Below, one piece after another: positions 1 through 9,745 of a DNA stretch of 64,000 nt (within the stretch, counting starts at the first letter, position 1; the number at the start of each line of letters is the position of its first letter). The stretch is from an uncultured delta proteobacterium. Lineage in GTDB: Bacteria > Myxococcota_A > Polyangia > Polyangiales > Polyangiaceae. Under the pieces are notes generated by a model. It made no database searches. It saw only the letters and a list, made by a program, of their open reading frames with translations, and was not told the origin of the DNA. The translations under genes were made by a program, and so were the position numbers. The stretch spans positions 64,001 through 128,000 of the forward strand of contig CAWJCS010000005.1 in assembly GCA_963841435.1 (NCBI GenBank), read 5' to 3'.

Positions 1-1
1 T

Positions 2-1195
2 CGCAAGAACCTGCTCGAGTACGACGACGTGATGAACGCGCAGCGCAAGACCGTGTACGCGCTGCGCCAGCAGCTCCTACTCGGCCGCTATGCGCCGACG
101 GCCACGGACGAGAACGGCAAGGCCATCGAGGAGGAGCGCGTCATCGAGGTCGATGCCGAGATCGAGAAGAAGCTCGCGGGCCCCGTGCGCGGCCTGGTCG
201 GCATGTTCTGCGAGCCGCCGCTCGGCACCGTGAAAGAGAACGGCTCGGCACGCTATCCGTCGGCGGAAGACCTCGAAAAATCCAGCAAACTCGTGGAGCT
301 AGAGACGCTTCAGCACGAGGTGTACCAGCTCTGGGGCGTGCGCCTCGACATCGAGGAGCGCCGTACGAGAACACCGGGCTCGGTCGTTGAAGAGCTGCAC
401 GCCGCGGTGCCACGAAGCCTTTCGGAGCAGCGCGAACGGGTGCTCGATCTGCTCGATCGCGTCGTGGGCGCGATGGTCGAAGAGAGCTGCCCGGAGAACA
501 AGCCGGCCGAGGATTGGGACTGGAAGGGCCTCCACCGGGGGTTTCTCGAGCACTTCGGCGGCGACCTCGACGCTGCGGTCAACGACCTCGGCGAGGCCGA
601 CTCGGTGGCGGTCAAGGCATTCGAGCGGGCACAGGCGCTCTACTTCGAGCACGAGGAGGCGCACGGCGTCGAGTTCGCGCTGCGCCTCTTCCGGCACATT
701 TACGTCGAGAGCATCGACGAGGCCTGGGTCGATCACCTCTCGAACATGGAGCACCTGCGCGACGGCATCGGTCTGCGCGGCTACGGTCAGCGCGACCCGA
801 AGAACGAATACAAGAAGGAAGGCTACGACCTCTTCTTGAACATGATGGCGAAGGTCTCGAGCAACGTGCTCGCGAAGTTCTTCGCCGCGCCCGTGCAGAG
901 GAAAGAGGATCTCGCGGCCATGGAGCTCGAGGCCGAGCGCCGCTACCAGGAAGAGCTCGCGCAGGTGGTCGCGCAGCACCCGAGCGCCGAGCCCGAGGAC
1001 CCGAGAGATGTCCTTTCCCAGGCCGCACCGGGCGGCGAGCAGCCCCGCCGACCCGCCCAGGCCGCGCCGCGCATCGGCCGCAACGATCCGTGCCCGTGCG
1101 GCTCCGGCAAGAAGTTCAAGAAGTGCCACGGCGCCGTCCTCGAAGAGGAAGGTGCTGCCGACGCCGACGACGACGAGCCCCAGGCGCGCGTCTGA
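2..1195 (+). CDS. secA: Preprotein translocase SecA, C-terminal part (5' truncated by window)
   Basis: [45 protein letters not shown] and C-terminal SEC-C motif [19 protein letters not shown]. Confidence 0.97.
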   Translation, partial: RKNLLEYDDVMNAQRKTVYALRQQLLLGRYAPTATDENGKAIEEERVIEVDAEIEKKLAGPVRGLVGMFCEPPLGTVKENGSARYPSAEDLEKSSKLVELETLQHEVYQLWGVRLDIEERRTRTPGSVVEELHAAVPRSLSEQRERVLDLLDRVVGAMVEESCPENKPAEDWDWKGLHRGFLEHFGGDLDAAVNDLGEADSVAVKAFERAQALYFEHEEAHGVEFALRLFRHIYVESIDEAWVDHLSNMEHLRDGIGLRGYGQRDPKNEYKKEGYDLFLNMMAKVSSNVLAKFFAAPVQRKEDLAAMELEAERRYQEELAQVVAQHPSAEPEDPRDVLSQAAPGGEQPRRPAQAAPRIGRNDPCPCGSGKKFKKCHGAVLEEEGAADADDDEPQARV

Positions 1196-1331
1196 CGAAA
1201 GTCCGCGCTTCGCGCGGGTCTCCGAGAAGCCGGCGAATAAACCGCGGCTCGCCGCCGTCGACGAGCGCCATGGGGACGTAGCGCTTCGACTCTCAATCCC
1301 CTCGCCCCGCGTGGTACGCCTTCGTGCCCGG

Positions 1332-2333
1332 ATGATCGAAGCGCGGCATTTGACGAAGGATTACGGCACCGTCGTGGCCGTGCGCGACGTGTCGTTCGAG
1401 GTCGGCAAGGGTGAGATCGTCGGCTTTCTGGGGCCGAACGGCGCGGGAAAAACCACGACGCTACGCATCCTGGCCGGATTCTTGGGAGCCACGGAGGGCA
1501 GCGCGTCGATCGGTGGTTTCGACATAGCGACGGACTCGCTCCGCGCGCGCGCCCAGCTCGGCTACATGCCGGAGGCGGCGCCGCTCTACCCCGAGCTTCG
1601 CGTGCGCGAGTATCTCGCGTTTCGCGCCGAGCTCAAGCGCGTGCCGCGACGGGAGCGGCGCCGCGCCGTCGACCGCTCGCTCGAGCAGGCGGCGGTCGCC
1701 GACGTCGCGGAGACGCCCATCGGGCACCTGTCGAAGGGGTATCGGCAGCGGGTCGCGCTCGCCGACGCGCTCGTGTCGTCGCCGCCGCTGCTCATCCTGG
1801 ACGAGCCGACCGCGGGGCTCGACCCCAATCAAATCGTCGAGGTAAGAAAGCTGATTCGCGAGCTCGGCGAGAGCCACACCATCCTCTTGTCGACGCACAT
1901 CCTCCCGGAGGTCGAGGCCGTGTGCGACCGCGCGCTCGTCATCGCGCGCGGGCGGCTCGTCGCCGAGGGCACGCTCGCCGAGCTCAAGGAGCGGCGGCGC
2001 GGCCGCGAGCTCATCGTCGTCGCGCGCGGCGAAGGGGCGAAGCTCGAGGCGGCGCTCCACGACATCGCCGGCGTCGCCCGTGCCTCGTTCGAGCCCGTTT
2101 TCGACGATGCCGCGCTCGTCACCATCAGCGTGGAGCTCGACGAGACGAGCGAGCCGGGGAGCGCGGCGGAGCGCGTCGTTTCGGCGCTCGTCGCGGCTGG
2201 AGCCGGCGTGCAGAGCGTGACGGCGCGCCGCGCCTCGCTCGAGGAGGTGTTCCACGAGCTCACGGCGAATGATGCGCCGCCGCCGCCCGCCGACGGATCG
2301 GAGAAAGCGGACGGATCGGAGCCAGCCCCGTGA
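1332..2333 (+). CDS. ABC-2 type transporter ATP-binding protein (GldA-like)
   Basis: Walker A GPNGAGKTT, signature LSKGYRQRV, Walker B LILDEPT, H-loop STH; ATG at 1332 (MIEARHLTK). Confidence 0.93.
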   Translation: MIEARHLTKDYGTVVAVRDVSFEVGKGEIVGFLGPNGAGKTTTLRILAGFLGATEGSASIGGFDIATDSLRARAQLGYMPEAAPLYPELRVREYLAFRAELKRVPRRERRRAVDRSLEQAAVADVAETPIGHLSKGYRQRVALADALVSSPPLLILDEPTAGLDPNQIVEVRKLIRELGESHTILLSTHILPEVEAVCDRALVIARGRLVAEGTLAELKERRRGRELIVVARGEGAKLEAALHDIAGVARASFEPVFDDAALVTISVELDETSEPGSAAERVVSALVAAGAGVQSVTARRASLEEVFHELTANDAPPPPADGSEKADGSEPAP

Positions 2334-3079
2334 GCGGATTTCTGGGCGTCTACCGGCGCGAGATGCTGAGCCTCTGGGTGACGCCGCTCGCCTGGGTGCT
2401 GCTCGTGGTGTTCTTGCTGCTCCAGGGCGGGATTTTCTACGCCATCGTCGTCCACTTCTCGAGCCTCGCCGACCTCGCCGTCGAGACGGGGCCGATCCAG
2501 GCGTACTTCGGGCAGGAGTCGGTGTTCTTGCTGATGACGCTCCTGCTCGTGTGCCCGGCGCTCACGATGCGCGCCTTCGCCGAGGAGCGGCGCAGCGGCA
2601 CCATCGAGACGCTGCTCACGGCGCCCGTCACGCCCGCGGGGGTGGTGCTCGGGAAATACGCGGCCGTGCTCACCACCTACGCGGCGCTGTGGGCTCCGAC
2701 GTTTCTCTACGTGCTCGTGCTCCGCAAGACGGGCTCGGTAGACTACGGCAGCGTGCTCTCGAGCTACATCGGGCTCTTCGGCATCGGCGCGAGCTACCTG
2801 GCGCTCGGCACGCTGATGAGCGCGATGTCGAAGAGTCAGCTCGTCGCGCTGCTCCTCTCGATCTTCGCGCAATTCGGCCTGTTCGTGCTCGGCGTCGGCG
2901 AGTACGTGTTCGGCCCGGGGCTGCTCCACGAGGTCTCTGCGCACGTGTCCATGGCGTCGCAGATGGAGGAGATGTCGCGCGGCATCGTCGATCTACGGCG
3001 CCTCGCGTTCGACGGCTCCGTCACCGTCACGAGCCTGTTCCTCACGACGCGCGTCGTCGACTCGTGGAGGTGGGGGTGA
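2330..3079 (+). CDS. ABC-2 permease (GldF-like)
   Basis: About 6 hydrophobic segments, motif TMRAFAEERRSGTIETLLTAP; GTGA overlap with the ATPase. Confidence 0.9.
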   Translation: MSGFLGVYRREMLSLWVTPLAWVLLVVFLLLQGGIFYAIVVHFSSLADLAVETGPIQAYFGQESVFLLMTLLLVCPALTMRAFAEERRSGTIETLLTAPVTPAGVVLGKYAAVLTTYAALWAPTFLYVLVLRKTGSVDYGSVLSSYIGLFGIGASYLALGTLMSAMSKSQLVALLLSIFAQFGLFVLGVGEYVFGPGLLHEVSAHVSMASQMEEMSRGIVDLRRLAFDGSVTVTSLFLTTRVVDSWRWG

Positions 3080-4608
3080 CCCACCCGAGCATGCCTCGCG
3101 GCAGGAAAGCGCTGTCGGCGCTGGGCGTCACCGCCGCCGTCGTGATCGCCGTGAACGTCAACGTGCTCGTGTCGCGGTTCTACACGCGCTGGGACCTCAC
3201 GAGCGAAGGCCTCTACACGCTCTCGACCGCGACCAAGAGCATCCTGGGCGGCCTCGGGGAAACGCTCAGCGTCACGGTGCTGCTCGCGCGCACCGATCCC
3301 TTGCTGCCTCCCGTGCGCCAGATGCTCGTCGCCTACGGCGCGGAGACACACCGCCTGGACGTGCGCACGGTGGACCCTGAGCAGAGCCCCGCGGAGTTTC
3401 TCGCCGTGCAGCAGAAGTACGGCATCGTGGCGGGCAAGGCCGAGGACGGCCGCGTCGTCACCGACGCCGTCGTGATCATCGCGCGTGGCGACCGCGTGTG
3501 GTTCCTGACGGCCGACGAGCTCGGCACGCTCGACGACGAGGGTCGCGGCCGCCCGCGGCTCGAGCAGGCGCTCACCGAGGGCATCGCCAACGTGCTCGCG
3601 GGCGACAAGGCGAAGGTGTGCTTCGCCACGGGCCACGGCGAAACGTCGATCGACGACGTCGGGCCGGACGGCCTCGCGGAGCTCAGGCGGAGGCTCGAGA
3701 AGAACAACTACGACCCCGTGCCGCTCGATCTCACGCGTTCGGACGCCGAACGCGAGCTTGCGAGCTGCCGTTTGCTCGTCATCGTGTCGCCAGCGGTGCC
3801 GTACGGTGCGGACGCCGCCGCGCGCGCCCAGCGCTACCTCACGGCAGGCGGGAGCGGCCTTTTGATGCTGGGCCCGCTCTTCGGCGACGATCGGCGCGTC
3901 ACGGCTTCCGGCCTCGAGGGGGTCACCGAGCCCTTCGGCATCGGGCTCGCGCGAACGATCGTGCTCGAGGCCGATCCGAGTCTCAGGCTCCCGCGGGGCG
4001 CAGGTGAGGTCTTCTTCGCGACGCCCATCGAGCACGCGACGACGCGCGGTCTCGTGCTGCCGGGCGGCAAGGTGGAGATCCGCGTCGTCATGAGCGAGAC
4101 GAGGAGCCTCGACTTGTCCCCGTCGGGTGCCGCAAAGCCCATCCTGAAGTCGAGCAGCGAGGCGTACGCGCTCGAGGACGTCCAGAGCGTGCTTAAGGGC
4201 CACGGCGTTCCCCCGGACGCGCGCGGCGCCGAGCGCGTGCTCGGGGCCGCCGCCGAGCTCGAAAAGCCACCCGCTCGAAAAGAAGCCCCCCACGGGCCGC
4301 GGCTCGTCGTTTTCGGCAGCGCGGGACCGAGCTTCGGGCGCAGCTTTCGCGACCCGGCACTCGTCGGCGACCGGCTGCTCGTCGAGAACGCTCTGGCCTG
4401 GGCCGCCGCGCGACCGGCAATCGTGAGCGTCCCCGAGAAGCCCGCACGCGAGGTAGGGCTGGCGCTCACGGAGGAATCGCTCGGCGAGGTCCTGCGTTAC
4501 GTGCTCGTGTTCATGCCGGCGACCGCGGGGCTCTTCGGCGTCATGATTTTCATGCGCCGCCGCGCACGGGAAAAGAGCTCCCGTGCGACCGCACGAGGAT
4601 CGGCGTGA
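3076..4608 (+). CDS. GldG-like ABC auxiliary protein
   Basis: N-terminal TM, RWDLTSEGLYTLS, FATGHGE motif, C-terminal TM; GTGA overlap with the permease. Confidence 0.85.
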   Translation: MTHPSMPRGRKALSALGVTAAVVIAVNVNVLVSRFYTRWDLTSEGLYTLSTATKSILGGLGETLSVTVLLARTDPLLPPVRQMLVAYGAETHRLDVRTVDPEQSPAEFLAVQQKYGIVAGKAEDGRVVTDAVVIIARGDRVWFLTADELGTLDDEGRGRPRLEQALTEGIANVLAGDKAKVCFATGHGETSIDDVGPDGLAELRRRLEKNNYDPVPLDLTRSDAERELASCRLLVIVSPAVPYGADAAARAQRYLTAGGSGLLMLGPLFGDDRRVTASGLEGVTEPFGIGLARTIVLEADPSLRLPRGAGEVFFATPIEHATTRGLVLPGGKVEIRVVMSETRSLDLSPSGAAKPILKSSSEAYALEDVQSVLKGHGVPPDARGAERVLGAAAELEKPPARKEAPHGPRLVVFGSAGPSFGRSFRDPALVGDRLLVENALAWAAARPAIVSVPEKPAREVGLALTEESLGEVLRYVLVFMPATAGLFGVMIFMRRRAREKSSRATARGSA

Positions 4609-6758
4609 AGCTTGGCCGCACCGAGATCGCGAGCCTTTCACTGGGCGCGCTCGCGCTCGCGAGTGTCGTGGCGGTCGTCGCGACGCGAAACGAGCCGACG
4701 ACTCAGGAACTCAAGGAGCGCGACAAGAACCTGTTGCCGGTCTTTCGCAAGGAGACGGTGACCGAGCTCTCGATCCGACACGGTGACACGAAGCTCGTCT
4801 TCTTGCGCTCGAACGAAGGCGGCGAGACCGGCTTCCGCGCTGACGCCGTCGGCGCCGTCGATGCCGCCGCCGTGGAGCGGATCCTCGACACGCTCGCCTT
4901 CGCAACGCCTTTGCGTCGGCTCGACAACGCCGATGCGGGGTCGCTCGGAGTCGACGCACCGCGCGCCACGCTCGAGCTCGCCTCGCCCGACGCGAGCTAC
5001 CGGCTCGCGCTCGGAAAGCCCGCCCCCGCGCCGACCGGTGCCGCCTACGTCGCCGTTTCCGGCTCAGCCACGGAGCCTTTCGTCGCCGTGGTGCCCGACG
5101 ACGTCGTGGCGGTGTTTCTCACCACGGCCGGCGACGTGCGCGACCCCACGCTCGTCCGGCTCGGTGAAAGAGACATCGCCGAGCTGACGCTCGAGCGCCC
5201 CGACAGCAGCCTCAGGCTCGTCCGCGGCAAGAACGACACCTTCCGCATCGACGGCGGCGAACGGGCGAGCCGCGACGCGCTCGAGCCGCTCTGGCACGCC
5301 CTCTCCGAGCTTCGGGCCACACGCTTTGTCGAGCTCGGCGAAGCGGAGCGGGCGCGCGGCACGGAGGCGCGCACCGTGGTCCACCTCGTGCCGCGCGAGG
5401 CCGCGACCCCCAGGCTCACGGTCGAGGTCGGCGGCACGTGCCCCAGCGCGAAGGACGACACCGTGGTCATCGTGCGCGAAAAGGCCGTGCGCGCCGCGTG
5501 CGTTGCCACACGCGGGCTCGCCCCGTTTTCGCTGGACCGGGCGGCGGTCGTCGACGACATGCCCTTTTCGGCGAAGATTGACGAGGTCGAAACCCTGACG
5601 CTCGCGCGCGGCGACCGAAAGCTCGTGCTCACGCGTCGCGGTACGAGCTTCCTGTTGCGCGAGCCCGCCTCCGCCGAGGTGGATCTCGACGCAGGCAACC
5701 AGCGGCTGTCGGCCGTCGCGAAGGCACGCGGCGAGGTCGTCACCAAGCCCGACCTCGGCCGTCTCGGCCTCGCGACCCCGGGCGACCGCGCGACCCTCAC
5801 CGTGGTCGGCAAGGACGACCGCGCGCACGACGAGGTCGTCACGATCGGGCGGACCGAAGCGGACGGCAGCTTGCCCGTGCGCCGCGCCGACGACGGCGTC
5901 GTACTGAGGCTCACGCGCGAGGCGGCGCGCGCCTTCGCCGTGGACTCGACGCTGCTCCGCAGCCGGCGCCTACTCGACTTCTCGCTTTCGGCGCTCGTCG
6001 AGCTCGAGCTGTCCCAGCCGGAGCATCAGCTTCTGCGCCGCGCGCCGAACGGCTTCGAGCTCGTCGCGCCGCCCGGCTTCGGCGCCGACGGCGAGCTTGC
6101 GACCAACGCCGTGCTCGGGCTCGGCTCGCTCACGGCGCTCGGCTTCGTCGCCGATGCCGACGACGGCAGCTTCGGGCTCGCGACCCCGAGGCTCACGGCG
6201 CACGTGCGCTTCGATCCGGGCGACGCCGGCAGCGGGGAGCGCACGCTCGTGGTCGGAGCGACCGCGCCGGGCGGCTACTACGCGAGCTTTTCCGGACAAC
6301 CCGGCGTGTTCCTCGTCGAGCGCGCCGTCGTGGAGCGTCTCGAGACACTGCTCGTCGATCGCTCGGCGCTCATGGCGGACGAAAACTCGCTCGCTCGCGT
6401 CGTGCTCACTCACGCTGGCAAGCGACTCGTCTTCGAGCGCCGCGGCGACGAGCTCTTGCCGGCTCCCGGCACGAATCTCGAGCCCAGCGTGGCGACCGAG
6501 GCGCTCGAAGCCCTGGGCGCGCTGCGCGCCGAGGCCGCACTGCACACGGGCAAAGCATTGCCGAGCGAGGGCTTCGTGGAGCCGGCGTTGGACGCGCGCG
6601 TCGAGCCCGTCGCCGCGGGCGGCAAAGTGCGCCACTTTCGCGTCGGCGCCCCCGAGGTGTTCCGGGGCCTCTCCGTGCGCTACGCGCGCGCCGACGACAT
6701 CGACGCGACCTTCGTGGTGCTCGAGTCGAAGCTCCGTCCGCTGCTCGACCTGTTCTGA
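4605..6758 (+). CDS. DUF4340-repeat protein
   Basis: N-terminal anchor and repeated xGLxxP units (LGVDAP, LGLATP, FGLATP, EGFVEP); usual position after GldG-like genes. Confidence 0.75.
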   Translation: MKLGRTEIASLSLGALALASVVAVVATRNEPTTQELKERDKNLLPVFRKETVTELSIRHGDTKLVFLRSNEGGETGFRADAVGAVDAAAVERILDTLAFATPLRRLDNADAGSLGVDAPRATLELASPDASYRLALGKPAPAPTGAAYVAVSGSATEPFVAVVPDDVVAVFLTTAGDVRDPTLVRLGERDIAELTLERPDSSLRLVRGKNDTFRIDGGERASRDALEPLWHALSELRATRFVELGEAERARGTEARTVVHLVPREAATPRLTVEVGGTCPSAKDDTVVIVREKAVRAACVATRGLAPFSLDRAAVVDDMPFSAKIDEVETLTLARGDRKLVLTRRGTSFLLREPASAEVDLDAGNQRLSAVAKARGEVVTKPDLGRLGLATPGDRATLTVVGKDDRAHDEVVTIGRTEADGSLPVRRADDGVVLRLTREAARAFAVDSTLLRSRRLLDFSLSALVELELSQPEHQLLRRAPNGFELVAPPGFGADGELATNAVLGLGSLTALGFVADADDGSFGLATPRLTAHVRFDPGDAGSGERTLVVGATAPGGYYASFSGQPGVFLVERAVVERLETLLVDRSALMADENSLARVVLTHAGKRLVFERRGDELLPAPGTNLEPSVATEALEALGALRAEAALHTGKALPSEGFVEPALDARVEPVAAGGKVRHFRVGAPEVFRGLSVRYARADDIDATFVVLESKLRPLLDLF

Positions 6759-6785
6759 GCTGGCGCGGGCGCCCCGTGGCGCGGT

Positions 6786-9692
6786 TCAGAAGCCGATTTC
6801 GGCGGACGCGAGGAACGTGCGCCCGTCCTGGCGAATCACGCGCTGGGTAAACTCGGCGCTGACGGGCAGCGAGTAGCGCCAGTCGAAGGCGTTGTACACG
6901 CCGAGCGCGTAGCTCAGACCGAGACGCCGCTCCGTGCCCGTGAGCACGATGTCCCAGAGCACGAAGGGCGACGTCTCGCCCTGCGGGTCGTCGCCGACCA
7001 CCTCGTAGCGATCGTGACGCGCGCCCTCGACGGTCAGGCGCGTCGCGACGCGCAGCTTCTGCGACAGGATCGGAGCGACCGCCTTGAGGGAACCGAGGTG
7101 CATCGGCGCGTTGGCCACCTGCCGGAACGCGGGGTTCTTCCGGAGGGTGAAAACGTCGCCGGCCGAGCTCGTCGCCAGGAAGCGCGCTGGCGAAAAGGCG
7201 TAGCTTGCGCTCAGCATGAAGCCCTTGCGCCACTCACGCCGGAGCGAAAGCTCACTGCCGAGCGCTGCGAGGGGTGCCGCCGAGTTGACGTAGCGAAGCG
7301 GGTCGGTCTCGTCCCCGGCACCCTGTGTGACGATCAACCGTTCGACGATGTTCCCGTAGACGGTGAGGCTGCCCGAGATGGTCGGGCTGAAACGATGCGT
7401 GTGCTCGATCTCCCCGGAATAGACGACCTCGGGGACGAGGTCGGGACTCTGGATCTGCGTGAAGCCGCCGTCGTTGTAATAGAGCTCGTAGACGCTCGGG
7501 GCACGAAACGCCTTGCCTCCGAGGATCTTGAGGTTGCCGCCCTCGTAGGGCCTCAGGATCAGCGCGCCGCGCGGACTGACCGACGTGCCGAACGTCGAAT
7601 AAGCGTCGAGGCGAGCCCCGGCCGACGCGCGCACGGCCTCGGAAAAGTCGATGTCAGCGTTGACGTAGCCGGCCGCGACCTGGAACGGGTGCGACTCGTC
7701 GAGGTAAACGCCGCTCTCGTCCTCCGCGCGCTGGACGACGTCGACGTGGAGCTGGGCCTCGCCGCCCCCCGTCAGTCTTAGCTCGGGGATGGGGCGCACG
7801 ATCACGCGCTGCTCGAGGCCGAACCACGCCCCGCGAAATCGGTCGAGCTCGACGCCACCGTCCGCGGCGTCGCGCGCGTAGGCACCGCGGAAACGGTAGA
7901 GGTCGGTGCTCAGGCGCGTGAAGCTCTGAACCTTGTCCGTGAGCTTCGGCTCGGCCCGAAGCTCCAGAAAGCCGCGCGTGTCGGTCTGCCGGGTTCTCGC
8001 GTCGCCGACGAGCGTCTCGTAGGCGCCGCTCGGCAAATGCTTGCTGTGCGAGTGGAGCGACCAATCTGCGCTGAGGAAGCGATAGAAGGCGCCGCCGCGC
8101 ACCGTGCCCGCCTGGAACCCGTCGGCGCCCGCGGCCCGTGCGGCGAGCTCGGGAAAGTCGAAATCCTCCCCGCGGCTGCGGGCCGCCGCGACGCTCGTCC
8201 AGGCGCCCGCGTCGGGACCGAGGCGCACGTCACCACGCGCGCGGGCGCGAGCCACGCCGTTCTGGTTCGTGCCGATGCCGACGGATGCGCCCTCGGGCCG
8301 GTGCCGATCGCTGACGACGTTGAGCACGCCCGAAAAGGCGTTGGTGCCGTAGAGCACGGACCCCGGGCCGCGCACGACCTCGATGCGCTCGACGTCCCCG
8401 AGATCGGTGAGCGCGTCGTAACCGACGTACGAAGAGCCAATCCAGTCGTCGTTGACGGGGTGTCCGTCGTAGAGCACGACGATGCGATTGCCGTAGCTGC
8501 CGAGGCGACCGAGACCCCGGAGCCCCACGGTGACGTAGGAGCGATCATCCCACACGTAGACGCCAGGCGTGCCGCGCACGGCCTCGGCGAGCGTCGGATA
8601 GGCGAACGACGTGAGCTCGGCGGTCGGAATCACGGACACCGAGCTCGGCGCGTCCTCGACGGATTCACCGACGCGCGAGGCTGCCACGACCTCCTCCGCT
8701 TGCGTCAGCACGGCGTCGACGTGAACCTCGGCAGAGGGCGCGACGTCAATCTCGCGCTCGATGGGACGGTAGCCGGACAGCGCGAGCTCGACGCGGTGGT
8801 GCCCCACCGGCACCGTGAGGATCGCGGGCGTGAACCCGCTCGGTTTGCCGTCGACGAGAATGAGCGCTCGGGGCTCGTCGGTGCGTAAAACGACCGTGCC
8901 CGTGAGCGGCTCGAGCCGTAGCGAAACGCTCGCGCGGCGGCTCGGCAGCACCGTGACCTTGGCTTCGGCGGGTCGAAAGCCGGGCGCCGTCGCCACCGTC
9001 GTGTACGGCCCCGGCGGCAGCTCCAGCGTGCACGGAAGCACGCAACGCACGGCGGCGCGGGCGTCACCGAGGCGTAGGCTCGCACCGGCGGGGCCAGTCG
9101 CGGCGAGCGTGCCGAGGATCGGCTTGAGCTCGAGCTTCACGTGGCGTTCTGCGCCGACGCCGACGCCCTCCACGAGGACGGTGGCCGGCTCGTACCCCGG
9201 AAGCTCCGCGAGAATACGGTAGGTGCCGGCCCCGAGCCCGAAGGTGCGCGGCGAGTCGCCGCGCGGCCCGAGGTCCTTCCGATCGATGTACAGCGTGGCC
9301 CCAGGCGGCGTGGTCTCCACGCGCACGACGGCGACCCGCTGGGCAAGAGCCGCTAGCGCCGTTTCGATCGTCGAACGAGCGCCGGGGTCGGTTTCGTCCT
9401 CGAGCGCCTGTGTGTAGTAGCGATACGCTTCCGGGTAGCGCTTCAGCGCGTCGTAGACGCGCGCGATATTGTAGAGCACGTTGCGGTTCGGAACGAGGCG
9501 ATTCGACGCGAGGAACCGCTCGAGCGCCGAACGGAAGTCACCGCGCTGGTACGCCTCTGCGCCGAGCGTGAAGAGCAGATCCGCTTCGTCGGCGACGTCG
9601 TCGGCCGCGCTCGGCTTCGCGATCGAGGAGAGCGCCAACACGAGCGCGAGCGCCACGCCGCGAGCCTTCCGCCGACAGGTGCCATTAGCCAC
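6786..9692 (-). CDS. TPR + PEGA-domain TonB-dependent receptor
   Basis: Signal peptide, TPR (VLYNIARVY), PEGA repeats (TTPPGATLYID, TDEPRALILVDG), plug motif RIEVVRGPGSVLYGTNAFSG, barrel motif FRAPS, terminal Phe; GTG at 9692 after AGGA. Confidence 0.9.
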   Translation of the reverse strand: MANGTCRRKARGVALALVLALSSIAKPSAADDVADEADLLFTLGAEAYQRGDFRSALERFLASNRLVPNRNVLYNIARVYDALKRYPEAYRYYTQALEDETDPGARSTIETALAALAQRVAVVRVETTPPGATLYIDRKDLGPRGDSPRTFGLGAGTYRILAELPGYEPATVLVEGVGVGAERHVKLELKPILGTLAATGPAGASLRLGDARAAVRCVLPCTLELPPGPYTTVATAPGFRPAEAKVTVLPSRRASVSLRLEPLTGTVVLRTDEPRALILVDGKPSGFTPAILTVPVGHHRVELALSGYRPIEREIDVAPSAEVHVDAVLTQAEEVVAASRVGESVEDAPSSVSVIPTAELTSFAYPTLAEAVRGTPGVYVWDDRSYVTVGLRGLGRLGSYGNRIVVLYDGHPVNDDWIGSSYVGYDALTDLGDVERIEVVRGPGSVLYGTNAFSGVLNVVSDRHRPEGASVGIGTNQNGVARARARGDVRLGPDAGAWTSVAAARSRGEDFDFPELAARAAGADGFQAGTVRGGAFYRFLSADWSLHSHSKHLPSGAYETLVGDARTRQTDTRGFLELRAEPKLTDKVQSFTRLSTDLYRFRGAYARDAADGGVELDRFRGAWFGLEQRVIVRPIPELRLTGGGEAQLHVDVVQRAEDESGVYLDESHPFQVAAGYVNADIDFSEAVRASAGARLDAYSTFGTSVSPRGALILRPYEGGNLKILGGKAFRAPSVYELYYNDGGFTQIQSPDLVPEVVYSGEIEHTHRFSPTISGSLTVYGNIVERLIVTQGAGDETDPLRYVNSAAPLAALGSELSLRREWRKGFMLSASYAFSPARFLATSSAGDVFTLRKNPAFRQVANAPMHLGSLKAVAPILSQKLRVATRLTVEGARHDRYEVVGDDPQGETSPFVLWDIVLTGTERRLGLSYALGVYNAFDWRYSLPVSAEFTQRVIRQDGRTFLASAEIGF

Positions 9693-9745
9693 GAGGACGA
9701 CTTTCCTCAACGTCCCGTTGCCTTCCACGACCGCCCAATTCGAGT

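Noticed and set aside
1332-4608. Assigning gldA/gldF/gldG symbols and a gliding function
   Set aside because: Family resemblance only; no other Bacteroidota gliding or T9SS genes are present in the window.
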